Source: Trueperaceae bacterium (GTDB lineage: Bacteria; Deinococcota; Deinococci; Deinococcales; Trueperaceae). From it: a stretch of DNA of 18,871 nucleotides. Below, one piece after another: positions 1 through 7,953 of the stretch; position 1 is the first letter of the stretch, and each line of letters opens with the position of its first letter. A program made the translations under genes and the position numbers. Below the pieces are notes generated by a model. That model did no database searches, was not told the DNA's origin, and saw nothing but the letters and a program-made list of their open reading frames with translations. Location of the stretch: the NCBI GenBank assembly GCA_035703635.1, contig DASSXV010000038.1:1-18871 (forward strand). Direction: 5' to 3'.

Positions 1-2646
1 GTCCGTGACGTACGAGGCGTGACCTGCCCCGAAGGTGTTGCCGGTCACGCTGTTGCCAGCGGCGCCCAGCCCAACGCCCTCGACGTTGTTCGTGAACGTG
101 TTGCCGGTCACGTTCTGGCCGCCGGTGTCGATGCCAACGCCGGCCTCGTTGTTGGAGAAGAGGTTGGCACTTACGGTGTAGGTGGCGCCGCCCTGGGCGA
201 AGGCGCCCGTGGTGAGGTGCTCGAAACGGTTGCCCGAGATGGCGGCCGAGATGGTGGCGCCCAAGGAGTTGAGCACGCCGCGGCCGCTGCCGGCGCCCGT
301 TACGATGTTGTTGCTGATGGTCGCGTCCGTGGCGCCGGGCGCGAGGTAGATGGCCGACACGTCGCCGAGGTAAGTGCCGAAGCCCGTGAAGGAGAGGCCG
401 CTGACCGTAACGTTGGCCGCAGCGATTGCCACGCCACCCTCTATTACGGCCTCGGGCCCCCGCGCCGTGCCCTGGGGTGCGTCGGCGTTCGGGCCGCGCA
501 GCGTGAGGCCGGGCGCCTCCGCCACGATGTGCGCCCCTACGGCGTAGTTGCCAGGCAGCACGTTGACCACGGTGTTGCTCATGGCCGCAGGGAAGCTGGT
601 GGGTAGCGCGCTGCCGATGGTGCCGCCTGCCGCGTTGGCCACCCAGACGCCCTTGTCGAACGTGTTTGCTGATACCAGCGCGGCGTCGAGGGCGTTGTTC
701 TGGACGAGCACGTGACCGACGGACGCGGGCAAGCTCGTGCTTTGGAAGGTGTTGCCGACGATGGTCGTGCCAGCGCCGCGCACCCGCAGGCTGGTGCCGT
801 ACCTGGTCGTGTAGCCCGCGAACTCGTTCCCGCTGATGAGTCCGCCGGTACCGTCGAGGGTTACGAGGGTGTTGCCTTGCGGAGCGTTAGCGGCGTTGAG
901 GCCGCCAGCCGTGCCGAGGATGGTGTTGTCGGTGAACGAGGTGAAAGTGGCGCCGCTGGCGACCACCACTAGTTGGCGCGGCACGTTGAGCAGGCTGAAC
1001 TGCTGGCTGAAGCCGTCGCCAGCGGGGTTGGCGCCAAGGAAGGTCTGCCCCGTGAAGCGGTTCTGCGAGATCACGAGGCCCGCCACCGCCGCGCCGTACT
1101 CGGTCATCAGGCCGGCGTCGCCGTTGGCTTCGATGTCGTTGCCGATCACGGCAGCGCCGCTATGCGCACCCTGGAAGTACACGGCGGCCTTCTCGATGCC
1201 TGCTGGCCCGTCGATGCCCACGATGTGGAAGCCGTGCCCGACGGCGCCAAGCTGGAAGCCGCTAGTGCCGCCGCCGATCATGACGGTGCCGAGTTCTCCG
1301 CCTGCCTGCTGCCCGACGATGCTGGTAACGCTGGCGCCGCCCGTCGAGAGGAGTTTCAGGTCTTTGGCGATCACCACGTTCTCCGGGTAACTGCCCGGCC
1401 GCACCCACACGGTGCCGCCCACACCAACCGCGCTAACGCCCGCGCCGATGGTGGTGAAGGGCTGCGCCTCGCTACCGTCGCCGCCCGCCGCGGCACTGGC
1501 GTCAACCCACACGTTGGCCTGAGTGAAGGTGGTGGCCGATTGCCCCTCGTTACCGGCAGGGTCGAAGGCCAGGGCCTGCAGGCCGCCGAGCGGAGCTTCC
1601 TTGAGGGTCACGCTGAACGTGTCGAGGCCAAGCGCGAACTGGAAGTACGCCACGGCGGCGCTCTCCTCGGTAGGGTCGGTGGAGGCGAGGAGCTTGGCGC
1701 CGTCCCACACTTGCACCTTGGCGATGCGGTCGTTGGCGTCTTGGGCCGTGCCTGAAACGGTGAGAGTGGCGGCGTCGTACGAGATGCTCACCGTTGGGGC
1801 TAGCAAGTCGGCGTCCAGGTTGGCGCCGGAAGTCTGGCAGCCTATCCCGTAGGCTGGCAGCGTTACCTGGCCGGGCACCACGGCCGAGCCGTTCCACACG
1901 AGGCCAGCTACGTGGCCCTGCGCCACCCCGACCTGGCACTCGTCGATCACTAGCCGGAGGCCGCGGTCGCTGGAGTCAGTCACGCTGGCGCCCGTCACGG
2001 CCCCGTACTGCACAGCGAAATCACCGAGCGGGACCTGTAGGTAGTCGCCGCCGGGGAAGGCGGAGTAGCCGTTCGCCGTGACTACGAGCAGCAGGTCGAA
2101 CGGCGCGGCGCTTGGCGCCGCGTAGTTGGCGGGGTAACGCGGCACCAGCACGGCGCTGCCGAGGACCGACTTGAGCCCAAGGGTGACGGTCGTGCCGCTA
2201 CCCACGAGCTTGGTTTGCGCGTCGTAGGCGATGACGCTGGGGTTGCCAGCCTGCCCGTAGCCGTGGGCAACGAACTGGTACGGGTTGCCGGCGGCCAACA
2301 GGGTGAGGGTGGCCGATTCGTTGGCTGGGGTGAGCGGCACGGTGGTGAGGGTGCCGGCGGGGTCGGCCATGTAGCCGCCGGGCGTGAGGGTGAACGCTAC
2401 TGGCTGGGCGTTCTTGTCGAGCACGGACACGCTCACGAGTTCGGCGCCAGCGCTGCCTGCGCTGGTGTATGGCACGCCTTGCGCTTCGAGGGCGGCGCCG
2501 GCCAGCTGGCCGGCGGAGAGGCCGAGCTGCATGGTGACGTAGCCGTCTGGCGTTGGCACCTCGGCGCGCGGCTGCTGACCGCAGCCGGTTAGGAGTAGGG
2601 CGACTGCTAATACGCCGCCGAGCGTGAGGCTAGCGAAACTTTTCAC
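1..2646 (-). CDS. Large surface lipoprotein (>882 aa, 3' end outside window) with Ig-like module and two right-handed parallel beta-helix (pectin lyase-like/PbH1) modules
   Basis: Manual translation gives an open frame from GTG at 2646 to position 1 with no stop. N-terminus MKSFASLTLGGVLAVALLLTGC has a lipobox LTGC (Cys22). AAGGGGGG RBS lies 7 nt upstream. Ig-like segment APTVSISY...VSGTAQD...KVQVWDG...AFDPAGNEG at ~1520-1810. Beta-helix cap VWVDASAAAGGDGSEAQPFTTIGAGV...TVWVRPGSYPENVVIAK at ~1370-1515. Second cap VNVLPGNY...LTLRGPN at ~490-570. Repeated GN(T/E/R)F coils follow. Confidence 0.9.
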   Translation of the reverse strand, partial: MKSFASLTLGGVLAVALLLTGCGQQPRAEVPTPDGYVTMQLGLSAGQLAGAALEAQGVPYTSAGSAGAELVSVSVLDKNAQPVAFTLTPGGYMADPAGTLTTVPLTPANESATLTLLAAGNPYQFVAHGYGQAGNPSVIAYDAQTKLVGSGTTVTLGLKSVLGSAVLVPRYPANYAAPSAAPFDLLLVVTANGYSAFPGGDYLQVPLGDFAVQYGAVTGASVTDSSDRGLRLVIDECQVGVAQGHVAGLVWNGSAVVPGQVTLPAYGIGCQTSGANLDADLLAPTVSISYDAATLTVSGTAQDANDRIAKVQVWDGAKLLASTDPTEESAAVAYFQFALGLDTFSVTLKEAPLGGLQALAFDPAGNEGQSATTFTQANVWVDASAAAGGDGSEAQPFTTIGAGVSAVGVGGTVWVRPGSYPENVVIAKDLKLLSTGGASVTSIVGQQAGGELGTVMIGGGTSGFQLGAVGHGFHIVGIDGPAGIEKAAVYFQGAHSGAAVIGNDIEANGDAGLMTEYGAAVAGLVISQNRFTGQTFLGANPAGDGFSQQFSLLNVPRQLVVVASGATFTSFTDNTILGTAGGLNAANAPQGNTLVTLDGTGGLISGNEFAGYTTRYGTSLRVRGAGTTIVGNTFQSTSLPASVGHVLVQNNALDAALVSANTFDKGVWVANAAGGTIGSALPTSFPAAMSNTVVNVLPGNYAVGAHIVAEAPGLTLRGPNADAPQGTARGPEAVIEGGVAIAAANVTVSGLSFTGFGTYLGDVSAIYLAPGATDATISNNIVTGAGSGRGVLNSLGATISAAISGNRFEHLTTGAFAQGGATYTVSANLFSNNEAGVGIDTGGQNVTGNTFTNNVEGVGLGAAGNSVTGNTFGAGHASYVTD
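35..112. repeat. 15-bp direct repeat GTGTTGCCGGTCACG (35-49 and 98-112), encoding two VTGNT(F) beta-helix coils 21 aa apart
   Basis: Exact repeat read from the sequence. The 63-nt spacing keeps the lipoprotein frame. Confidence 0.8.
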
Positions 2647-2763
2647 GAGCGTTCCCCCCTTGTGGGATTTCAGTGAGGCTGGTTGCGCCAGCCCGCCGCA
2701 CCCGTTCCGGACCTACCCGGATCGTGGCTAGGACCACAGCATGGCCGCCAGTTGCGACAGGGA

Positions 2764-2791
2764 GTGACGCACCTCAAGGGTGGTGCGTCAC
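2764..2791 (-). terminator. Perfect 10-bp stem hairpin after the sensor kinase stop; likely terminator/processing stem
   Basis: GTGACGCACC (2764-2773) pairs with GGTGCGTCAC (2782-2791), 8-nt loop, 17 nt past the stop at 2809. The U-tract is weak. Confidence 0.5.
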
Positions 2792-2808
2792 GCGCACTAG
2801 GCCGCGGT

Positions 2809-4170
2809 TTAGCTCGGTACTCGAGGTGGTGGGAACGTGATCGTCACGACGAAACCTTCGCCGGGGCTGCTGGTCAGTTCCCAGGTCGCCCCGTGCCACT
2901 CCACCACCCGCTTGACGATGGCTAACCCCAACCCACTGCCAGGGTAGCGGCTGGCCAGCGCGCGCCCCCGCGCGGGGTCGGGCCGGTAGAACGCTTCCCC
3001 GAGGCGCGGGAGTTCTCCCGCCGCCACCCCCGGACCCTCGTCCGCGACCTGCAGCACGGCCCCACCTGCTGCCGAGCGCCACGTGCTCACATGCGTTGGC
3101 GCGAGCGCCCCGTGAGTGGCTGCGTTATCCAGCAGGTTGGCGACCAACTGCCGCAGCAACGTCGCGTCACCCAGCACGGCGGGCGTGGTCGGCGCGAACG
3201 CCGTGGTAAGGAGAACCGCCGGACGCGCCGCCCTGGCGGCGTCGACAGCCTCGCCAAGCAACTGCACCAGGTCGAGCTCGACCAGCGCCGCGGGTTCAGC
3301 GTCACGCGCCAACATGAGCAGGTGATCAACCAGCCGCACCATGCGGTCGACGTCGAGCTGCAGCTCGAGTAGCGCTGCGCGGTAGGCGGCTGGCTCGCGC
3401 TGCTTGACGAGCACTCCCTCGATGCGTGTCTTGAGCGCCGTGAGCGGCGAGCGCAAGTCGTGCGCCGCCGCCCGCAGGAACGCCACTTCGCGGTCCATGC
3501 CGTCGGCCAGGCGTGCGAAGGAGGTCTGCAGGGCGTTCGCTAGCCGCCCGAGCTCGTCGGTGGCCTCGACGCCCGGTAACGGCGCGCGCAGCTCGTGCGA
3601 ACTCCTTAGCGCCGCGGTGGCGCGCTCGAGCCGCCGCAGCGGGGAGAGCATGTTGGCCGCCACCAGGTTGCTGAGGAGCGCCACCAGCAAGGCCGCGGCA
3701 GGCACTATCACGGCAAGCGCCCTGAGGTAAGCGCGCAGCGCGAGCTGGATGCCGACCGGATCGCCAGCCAACTGCAGCGTGTAGCGCACCCCGTCCTCGC
3801 GTACCTCGCGGGTGAGCACCTGGTGCGTGGCCGCACGCGACCGCCCGAGCGGTGCCGTGGTGGGCACGGCAGGGAAGCCCGGCGTGGCCGCCACGACCTC
3901 ACCTTCCAAGAGGAGGCGCACGTGCACGTCGTCCGGGAAGTCGTGTTTGAACTCCAGCACCTCGTGGCTACTGCTGTCGACGTGGATGCTCACCCGGTCG
4001 ACGAGCCCCTCCAGGCGCTGCGCTTCACCGGTCTCCAAGAAGCGGCCAAGCACGAGGAAGAGGGCTGCCGCCGTGAGGAGCAACACGGCCACCGTCTGGC
4101 CGATCAGCACGAGCGTTAGGCGGCGGTGCAGGTTAGGCCTGCTCCAGCGCGGTGGCAGCGGGCGCCTCAT
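2809..4170 (-). CDS. Membrane sensor histidine kinase (2 TM, HAMP, HisKA, HATPase_c)
   Basis: Two hydrophobic segments, HAMP-like PLRRL...DELGRLA, H-box [10 protein letters not shown]-box [10 protein letters not shown]1 DEGPG, F-box EAFYR, G2 [13 protein letters not shown] overlap with the regulator. Confidence 0.96.
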   Translation of the reverse strand: MRRPLPPRWSRPNLHRRLTLVLIGQTVAVLLLTAAALFLVLGRFLETGEAQRLEGLVDRVSIHVDSSSHEVLEFKHDFPDDVHVRLLLEGEVVAATPGFPAVPTTAPLGRSRAATHQVLTREVREDGVRYTLQLAGDPVGIQLALRAYLRALAVIVPAAALLVALLSNLVAANMLSPLRRLERATAALRSSHELRAPLPGVEATDELGRLANALQTSFARLADGMDREVAFLRAAAHDLRSPLTALKTRIEGVLVKQREPAAYRAALLELQLDVDRMVRLVDHLLMLARDAEPAALVELDLVQLLGEAVDAARAARPAVLLTTAFAPTTPAVLGDATLLRQLVANLLDNAATHGALAPTHVSTWRSAAGGAVLQVADEGPGVAAGELPRLGEAFYRPDPARGRALASRYPGSGLGLAIVKRVVEWHGATWELTSSPGEGFVVTITFPPPRVPS

Positions 4171-4826
4171 GGCACCCGGTAACCCCGACCGCGCATGCTC
4201 TGCACTACCGAATCGTCGAGTTTCTGGCGTAAGTACCTCACGTAGACGTCAACAACGCGCGGCTCCCCGAAGAACTCGGGCCCCCACACGCGGTCGAGGA
4301 GTTCCTGGCGCGTGAACCAACGCTCCGGCGCGCGCAGCAGCGCCTCGAGGAGGTCGTACTCCCGTCCCGTGAGGGCCACTTCCTGCCCGTCCCAGAGCAC
4401 GCGCCGCGCGTGACTGTCCAAGCTGCCGCGCCCACCCGCGAACGACGTGTTGCTTTGCACCATGTCGCTGCCGCGACGCAGGAGCGCTCGCAGCGTGGCC
4501 TGTAGTTCGGCCAGCGAGAACGGCTTGACGAGGTAGGCGTCGCCGCCAAGGTCCAAACCCGCCACGCGGTCGCTAACCTCCCCGCGCGCCGTTAGGAACA
4601 AGATCGGCGAAGCAACGCCCTCTTGGCGCAGCTTGCTGGCCAGCGCGAAGCCGTCCAGGCTAGGCAGCATGACGTCGAGGATCAGGGCGTCGAAGTCTCC
4701 TGCGCGGCCCAGTTCGAGGCCAGCCTGACCGTCCTCAACCCACGTCACGTGATGGCCGCTCTCCTCGAGCGCACTCACGAGTGGACCGGCTATGCGGGCG
4801 TCGTCCTCGACCAGCAGCAGCCTCAT
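4167..4826 (-). CDS. OmpR/PhoB-family response regulator
   Basis: MRLLLVEDD start, phospho-acceptor LDVMLP, YLVKPF, winged-helix LTGREYDLL...[13 protein letters not shown]...RGRGY. AGGAGG RBS upstream. Confidence 0.97.
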   Translation of the reverse strand: MRLLLVEDDARIAGPLVSALEESGHHVTWVEDGQAGLELGRAGDFDALILDVMLPSLDGFALASKLRQEGVASPILFLTARGEVSDRVAGLDLGGDAYLVKPFSLAELQATLRALLRRGSDMVQSNTSFAGGRGSLDSHARRVLWDGQEVALTGREYDLLEALLRAPERWFTRQELLDRVWGPEFFGEPRVVDVYVRYLRQKLDDSVVQSMRGRGYRVP

Positions 4827-4861
4827 CGGCGGCGCCTCCTACGACCACTCTACGGCGTGTT

Positions 4862-5500
4862 TCAGGGCGTGGCGCGGCGTCGCTCTAGGATCCGGAACGT
4901 CACCGCGAACGTCACCAGCGTCAGCGCTCCGACGTAAAGCCAGGTGAGGCGGTCGCTGCCGCCAAGCACGCCGTGCACCGTGCCTGCCACGAAGCCAGGG
5001 TAGGCGAGCAAGTGGAGCGCCTTCACCCACGCCGGGCTCAACAGGCGCCGGCCCGCGAAGGTGGCGTACGGCGCCAGCAACAGGTAGGTGCCAACGGTGC
5101 CAAGCCCCATCGCGAACGGTTCGAACGAGGCGAGCCCAGGCACGAGCGCACCCGCGATCGTTTGCGGGTAGTGGGTCGTCACTAGCGAGAACGCCACGTG
5201 AATGCCGACGAGCGCCAGTCCGCTGCCAGCCGTGAGGCCGTGCCAGCCGTACTGCAGGGGCTTGGCGAGCCACGCGGGCGCCGTGAAGCGCGCGGAGAGG
5301 AGCGCGCCGCTAGCGACGCTGAGCGCGAGCAGCAAGTATCCGACGATGCCGGTGACGCGCAGGAACGCCCACGTCCATTCGCCTGGGACGACCTTGGCGA
5401 AAGCGAGGAGCCAGTACAGCGCGAGCGCCGTCAACGGCGTCCACAACAGGTAGCGGTTGATGGGCGGAACGGCGCTTCGGGTAGTGGCTGGTGCGATCAT
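4862..5500 (-). CDS. Ferric reductase-like (MsrQ-like) di-heme b transmembrane protein, stand-alone
   Basis: About six hydrophobic helices. His pairs WHGLTAGSGLALVGIH (H-x13-H) and LHLLAYPGFVAGTVH (H-x12-H) match the heme-ligand pattern of the ferric-reductase TM domain. No fused FAD/NAD domain. Confidence 0.85.
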   Translation of the reverse strand: MIAPATTRSAVPPINRYLLWTPLTALALYWLLAFAKVVPGEWTWAFLRVTGIVGYLLLALSVASGALLSARFTAPAWLAKPLQYGWHGLTAGSGLALVGIHVAFSLVTTHYPQTIAGALVPGLASFEPFAMGLGTVGTYLLLAPYATFAGRRLLSPAWVKALHLLAYPGFVAGTVHGVLGGSDRLTWLYVGALTLVTFAVTFRILERRRATP

Positions 5501-5522
5501 CTCTTGCCCCTTCTTGCTCGCG

Positions 5523-6395
5523 TTAGCGGAGCACGCTGTCGTGGTCGACGACCCAGGCTTGCTCGACGAGCAAGGTTGGCGGGACCGGCGCTCCGAGGAG
5601 GAGGAGTTTCGTGGCGAGTTCCGCCCGTTTCAGCGAGGCGCCGACGACGGTAGCTTGCGCCCAGCGCCCCTTGGCGGGCCGGCCGCTGCGCGGGTCGATG
5701 AGGTGGTGAGCGCCGTTCCAGGCGCGGCGGGTGATGCTCGAGGTAGCCACCGCCCACTCGCCGGGCGGCAGGTCGATGTGCCACTCCTCGGCGGCGCCGA
5801 GGATGTCGACCTGGGTATTGGTGACGGAACGGATCAGGACGTCGCCGCCTGCGTCGATGACCAGGTCGGCATCCGCGCTGGTTCGGCGGCCAACTTGCTC
5901 GGCGACGCGCTCGACGGCCCAAGACTTGGCAGTGCCCCCCAGGTCGATGGCCGCACCGGTTGGTAGGACGATCTCGCGTGGCGACACCCGTAGTTGCTCG
6001 AGGTCTGGCACTGCAGGCGGTTCGCCATCCGGAGCGCGCCAGGCCACGCCTTCGTGCCAGCTCTCGCGGTAACCGTGCCACTCCAACGAGCGGCCGACGA
6101 GGGGTGTGATCAGCCCGTCGGTGAGGCGCGCAGCCTCGACGGCCCAAGCTAGGGCGGCGACAAGCTCAGCTGGTGGGTCGCTCAGCCTGCCTGCCGCGTT
6201 GAGGCGCGTGACGCTCGAGGCGCGGAAGCGCGTGAGGAGCGCCTCGAGCCTCAGCAGCTCCTTGGCGATGGCGTCCGCGTCTGGCGAGCGCACGGCGATC
6301 GTGGTGCCCATGCCGCGAAAAGTGAGCGCGGCGGCCGCGCGCGCGAGCGGCGCGCGCGGCCGAACGACCCCGGGTAGTTGCGCGGCGTGCGTCAC
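5523..6395 (-). CDS. apbE: FAD:protein FMN transferase (ApbE family)
   Basis: FRGMGT, LTRFRASSVTRLN, IDLGGTAKSW, DAGGD, AVATSS and HHLIDPRSGRP are ApbE motifs. GTGA overlap with the upstream gene. Confidence 0.93.
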   Translation of the reverse strand: MTHAAQLPGVVRPRAPLARAAAALTFRGMGTTIAVRSPDADAIAKELLRLEALLTRFRASSVTRLNAAGRLSDPPAELVAALAWAVEAARLTDGLITPLVGRSLEWHGYRESWHEGVAWRAPDGEPPAVPDLEQLRVSPREIVLPTGAAIDLGGTAKSWAVERVAEQVGRRTSADADLVIDAGGDVLIRSVTNTQVDILGAAEEWHIDLPPGEWAVATSSITRRAWNGAHHLIDPRSGRPAKGRWAQATVVGASLKRAELATKLLLLGAPVPPTLLVEQAWVVDHDSVLR

Positions 6396-6727
6396 GAGGC
6401 GCGCGTCCGGGCCGTTGCCGCCTGGGCGCGTCCCCGTGAGACCGCGACTTGCCGCTGCTGCGTGCTCGGGGCGGCCGTGAGGAGGTTGACGCCGTCGTAA
6501 GAGCCAACGACTCGCCCGGTGGTGTCGAGGACGATGACCTGCACGACGGGTTCAGTCGCTTGCGCCGCCGGACCTGGGCGCTGCCCGTTCTCGACCAGCC
6601 ACCAGGACGCACCTGCGCCGAGTCCGACTAGGGCCGCTAGGAGCCAGGTGGTCGACGCGACCTTGTCGAACTTGGGGCGCCGCTCCTTGGCCCTGACGGT
6701 GGCGTCTGGTCGGCTGGCAGCCGTCAC
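6392..6727 (-). CDS. Small single-pass membrane/exported protein of unknown function (111 aa), C-terminus ...QAATARTRAS
   Basis: Fills the gap exactly, with GTGA stop/start overlaps at both ends (6724-6727 and 6392-6395). One hydrophobic segment WLLAALVGLGAGASWWLV. Confidence 0.8.
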   Translation of the reverse strand: MTAASRPDATVRAKERRPKFDKVASTTWLLAALVGLGAGASWWLVENGQRPGPAAQATEPVVQVIVLDTTGRVVGSYDGVNLLTAAPSTQQRQVAVSRGRAQAATARTRAS

Positions 6728-7221
6728 TTGCGGCTCCGGGCGCGCGCCCTCTCCACACTCTTGCCGTTCGCGCCGGCGGCCTGCACCGCGTGGTGGTCGT
6801 CCTCGTGATGATGATCGTGTTCTTCGTCGTCGTCATCGTCACGGTGCTGGCGGTCGCGAGCGTGGTCGTCATCGTCGTCCTCGTCGTCGTGACCTTCGTA
6901 ACTGCTGCTACCGTAGTCGCTCTCCCAGTAGCCGCTCTCCGGCTCGGTGACTGGTGCGCCAACGTCCAGCGCGGCAGGGGGACGACCGTCAGGACCCGCG
7001 AGGATAGTGCCGTCTGCTCCGATGAGCATCCACTCGTCCGTGCCGTTGCCTACCGGCACCAGTGCCGTTCCTGGCGTGGCGACGACCTTCGAGACGTCAG
7101 GCGTCCGGCTTACCACCTGCGTGCGGGTGGCACTTGGTTGCATAGAGTCGAGGAGCGCGTATCCTCCAGCGAAGGCAAAAGTTGCGCTCAGGCCGGCGAT
7201 GATCAACGTGCGTCGTGACAT
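6724..7221 (-). CDS. Exported/membrane-anchored protein with His/Asp/Glu-rich C-terminal tract (165 aa)
   Basis: Start reassigned from the track's 7362 to ATG 7221, which follows a perfect AAGGAGGT RBS. N-terminus MSRRTLIIAGLSATFAFAGGYALL. Tract GHDDEDDDDDHARDRQHRDDDDDEEHDHHHEDDHH. Confidence 0.85.
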   Translation of the reverse strand: MSRRTLIIAGLSATFAFAGGYALLDSMQPSATRTQVVSRTPDVSKVVATPGTALVPVGNGTDEWMLIGADGTILAGPDGRPPAALDVGAPVTEPESGYWESDYGSSSYEGHDDEDDDDDHARDRQHRDDDDDEEHDHHHEDDHHAVQAAGANGKSVERARARSRK

Positions 7222-7257
7222 GACTTGACCTCCTTGCCGCCAAGGATGAAGCCGTAC

Positions 7258-7274
7258 GGTTAATCGAGGGTTAG
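7258..7274 (-). promoter_or_regulatory. Putative OmpR-family binding site: direct repeat with 11-bp period upstream of the apbE operon
   Basis: GGTTAA (7258-7263) and GGTTAG (7269-7274), i.e. CTAACC-N5-TTAACC on the coding strand. A possible -10 CATCCT lies at 7243-7248. Confidence 0.45.
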
Positions 7275-7321
7275 GGACCTCGTCAGAAGGCGGATGGGTT
7301 TGAGACGGCCAGGCTCCGGCG

Positions 7322-7350
7322 TTGACGCTCCCAACCGAGGGCAGTACCAT
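7322..7350 (+). promoter_or_regulatory. Sigma70-type promoter for dctQM
   Basis: TTGACG (7322-7327), 17-nt spacer, TACCAT (7345-7350), about 45 nt before the dctQ start. Confidence 0.65.
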
Positions 7351-7395
7351 TACCACCGACAACTACGAGCGAACCAGGCAGGGAGGGGCGACCAC

Positions 7396-7953
7396 TTGAA
7401 GGCGTTCTTAACCGTCGCTAGGTATATCGATGCGTTCACGGGCGGCATCGCCCGCGTCATGCAGTGGCTCACGCTGGTCATGGTGATCCTCGGCGCCTAC
7501 AACGTGGTCACACGCTACCTTGGGCGCGCGATTGGGGTCTCACTTGGGGGCGGCATCTACACGGTTCTGCAGACTTACGCGTTCGATTTCGTCTTCCTGC
7601 TTGCCGCCGCCTGGGTGCTGCGCACGGACGGGCACGTGCGCGTCGACATCATCTACTCGCGCCTCGGCGTGCGCGGCAAGGCGTGGGTCGACCTTTTCGG
7701 AACCGTCTTCTTCCTGTTCCCCTTCTGCTGCATGGGCTTCGTGCTGAGCCTGCCGTACGTCGGGCGCTCCTGGCAGCACATGGAAGTGAACGTCAACGCA
7801 GGCGGAGTGCCCATCTACCTGATGAAAACGGTGATCCCCGTCGCCTTCGCGCTCCTCGCGTTGCAGGGCGTCAGCCAGATCATCAAGCTCGTAGCGACCC
7901 TGCGCGGAGTGAAGATGCAGCAGCAACCGGTCGAAGCGCCAGAGGTCGGCTGA
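7396..7953 (+). CDS. dctQ: TRAP transporter small permease subunit
   Basis: Four TM helices, YNVVTRY and DGHVRVDIIY motifs. Start reassigned to TTG 7396 behind GGAGG (7382-7386). Confidence 0.92.
   Translation: MKAFLTVARYIDAFTGGIARVMQWLTLVMVILGAYNVVTRYLGRAIGVSLGGGIYTVLQTYAFDFVFLLAAAWVLRTDGHVRVDIIYSRLGVRGKAWVDLFGTVFFLFPFCCMGFVLSLPYVGRSWQHMEVNVNAGGVPIYLMKTVIPVAFALLALQGVSQIIKLVATLRGVKMQQQPVEAPEVG

Noticed and set aside
946-1995. Canonical flavinylation motifs SGAT (946-957) and TGAS (1984-1995) in the large lipoprotein as ApbE targets
   Set aside because: The protein is very rich in G/A/S/T, so such 4-mers are expected by chance. Both lack the usual upstream Asp, and a hairpin separates the gene from the apbE operon. 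Not excluded, but unsupported.
19-2592. Plus-strand ORFs 19-606, 712-972, 836-1390, 973-1755, 2215-2592 etc.
   Set aside because: They are antisense shadows of the minus-strand lipoprotein, with no motifs or RBS.
6790-6895. GTC/GAC-rich trinucleotide-like repeats as a microsatellite or contingency locus
   Set aside because: They are imperfect and fully explained by Asp/His/Glu codons of the acidic tract.
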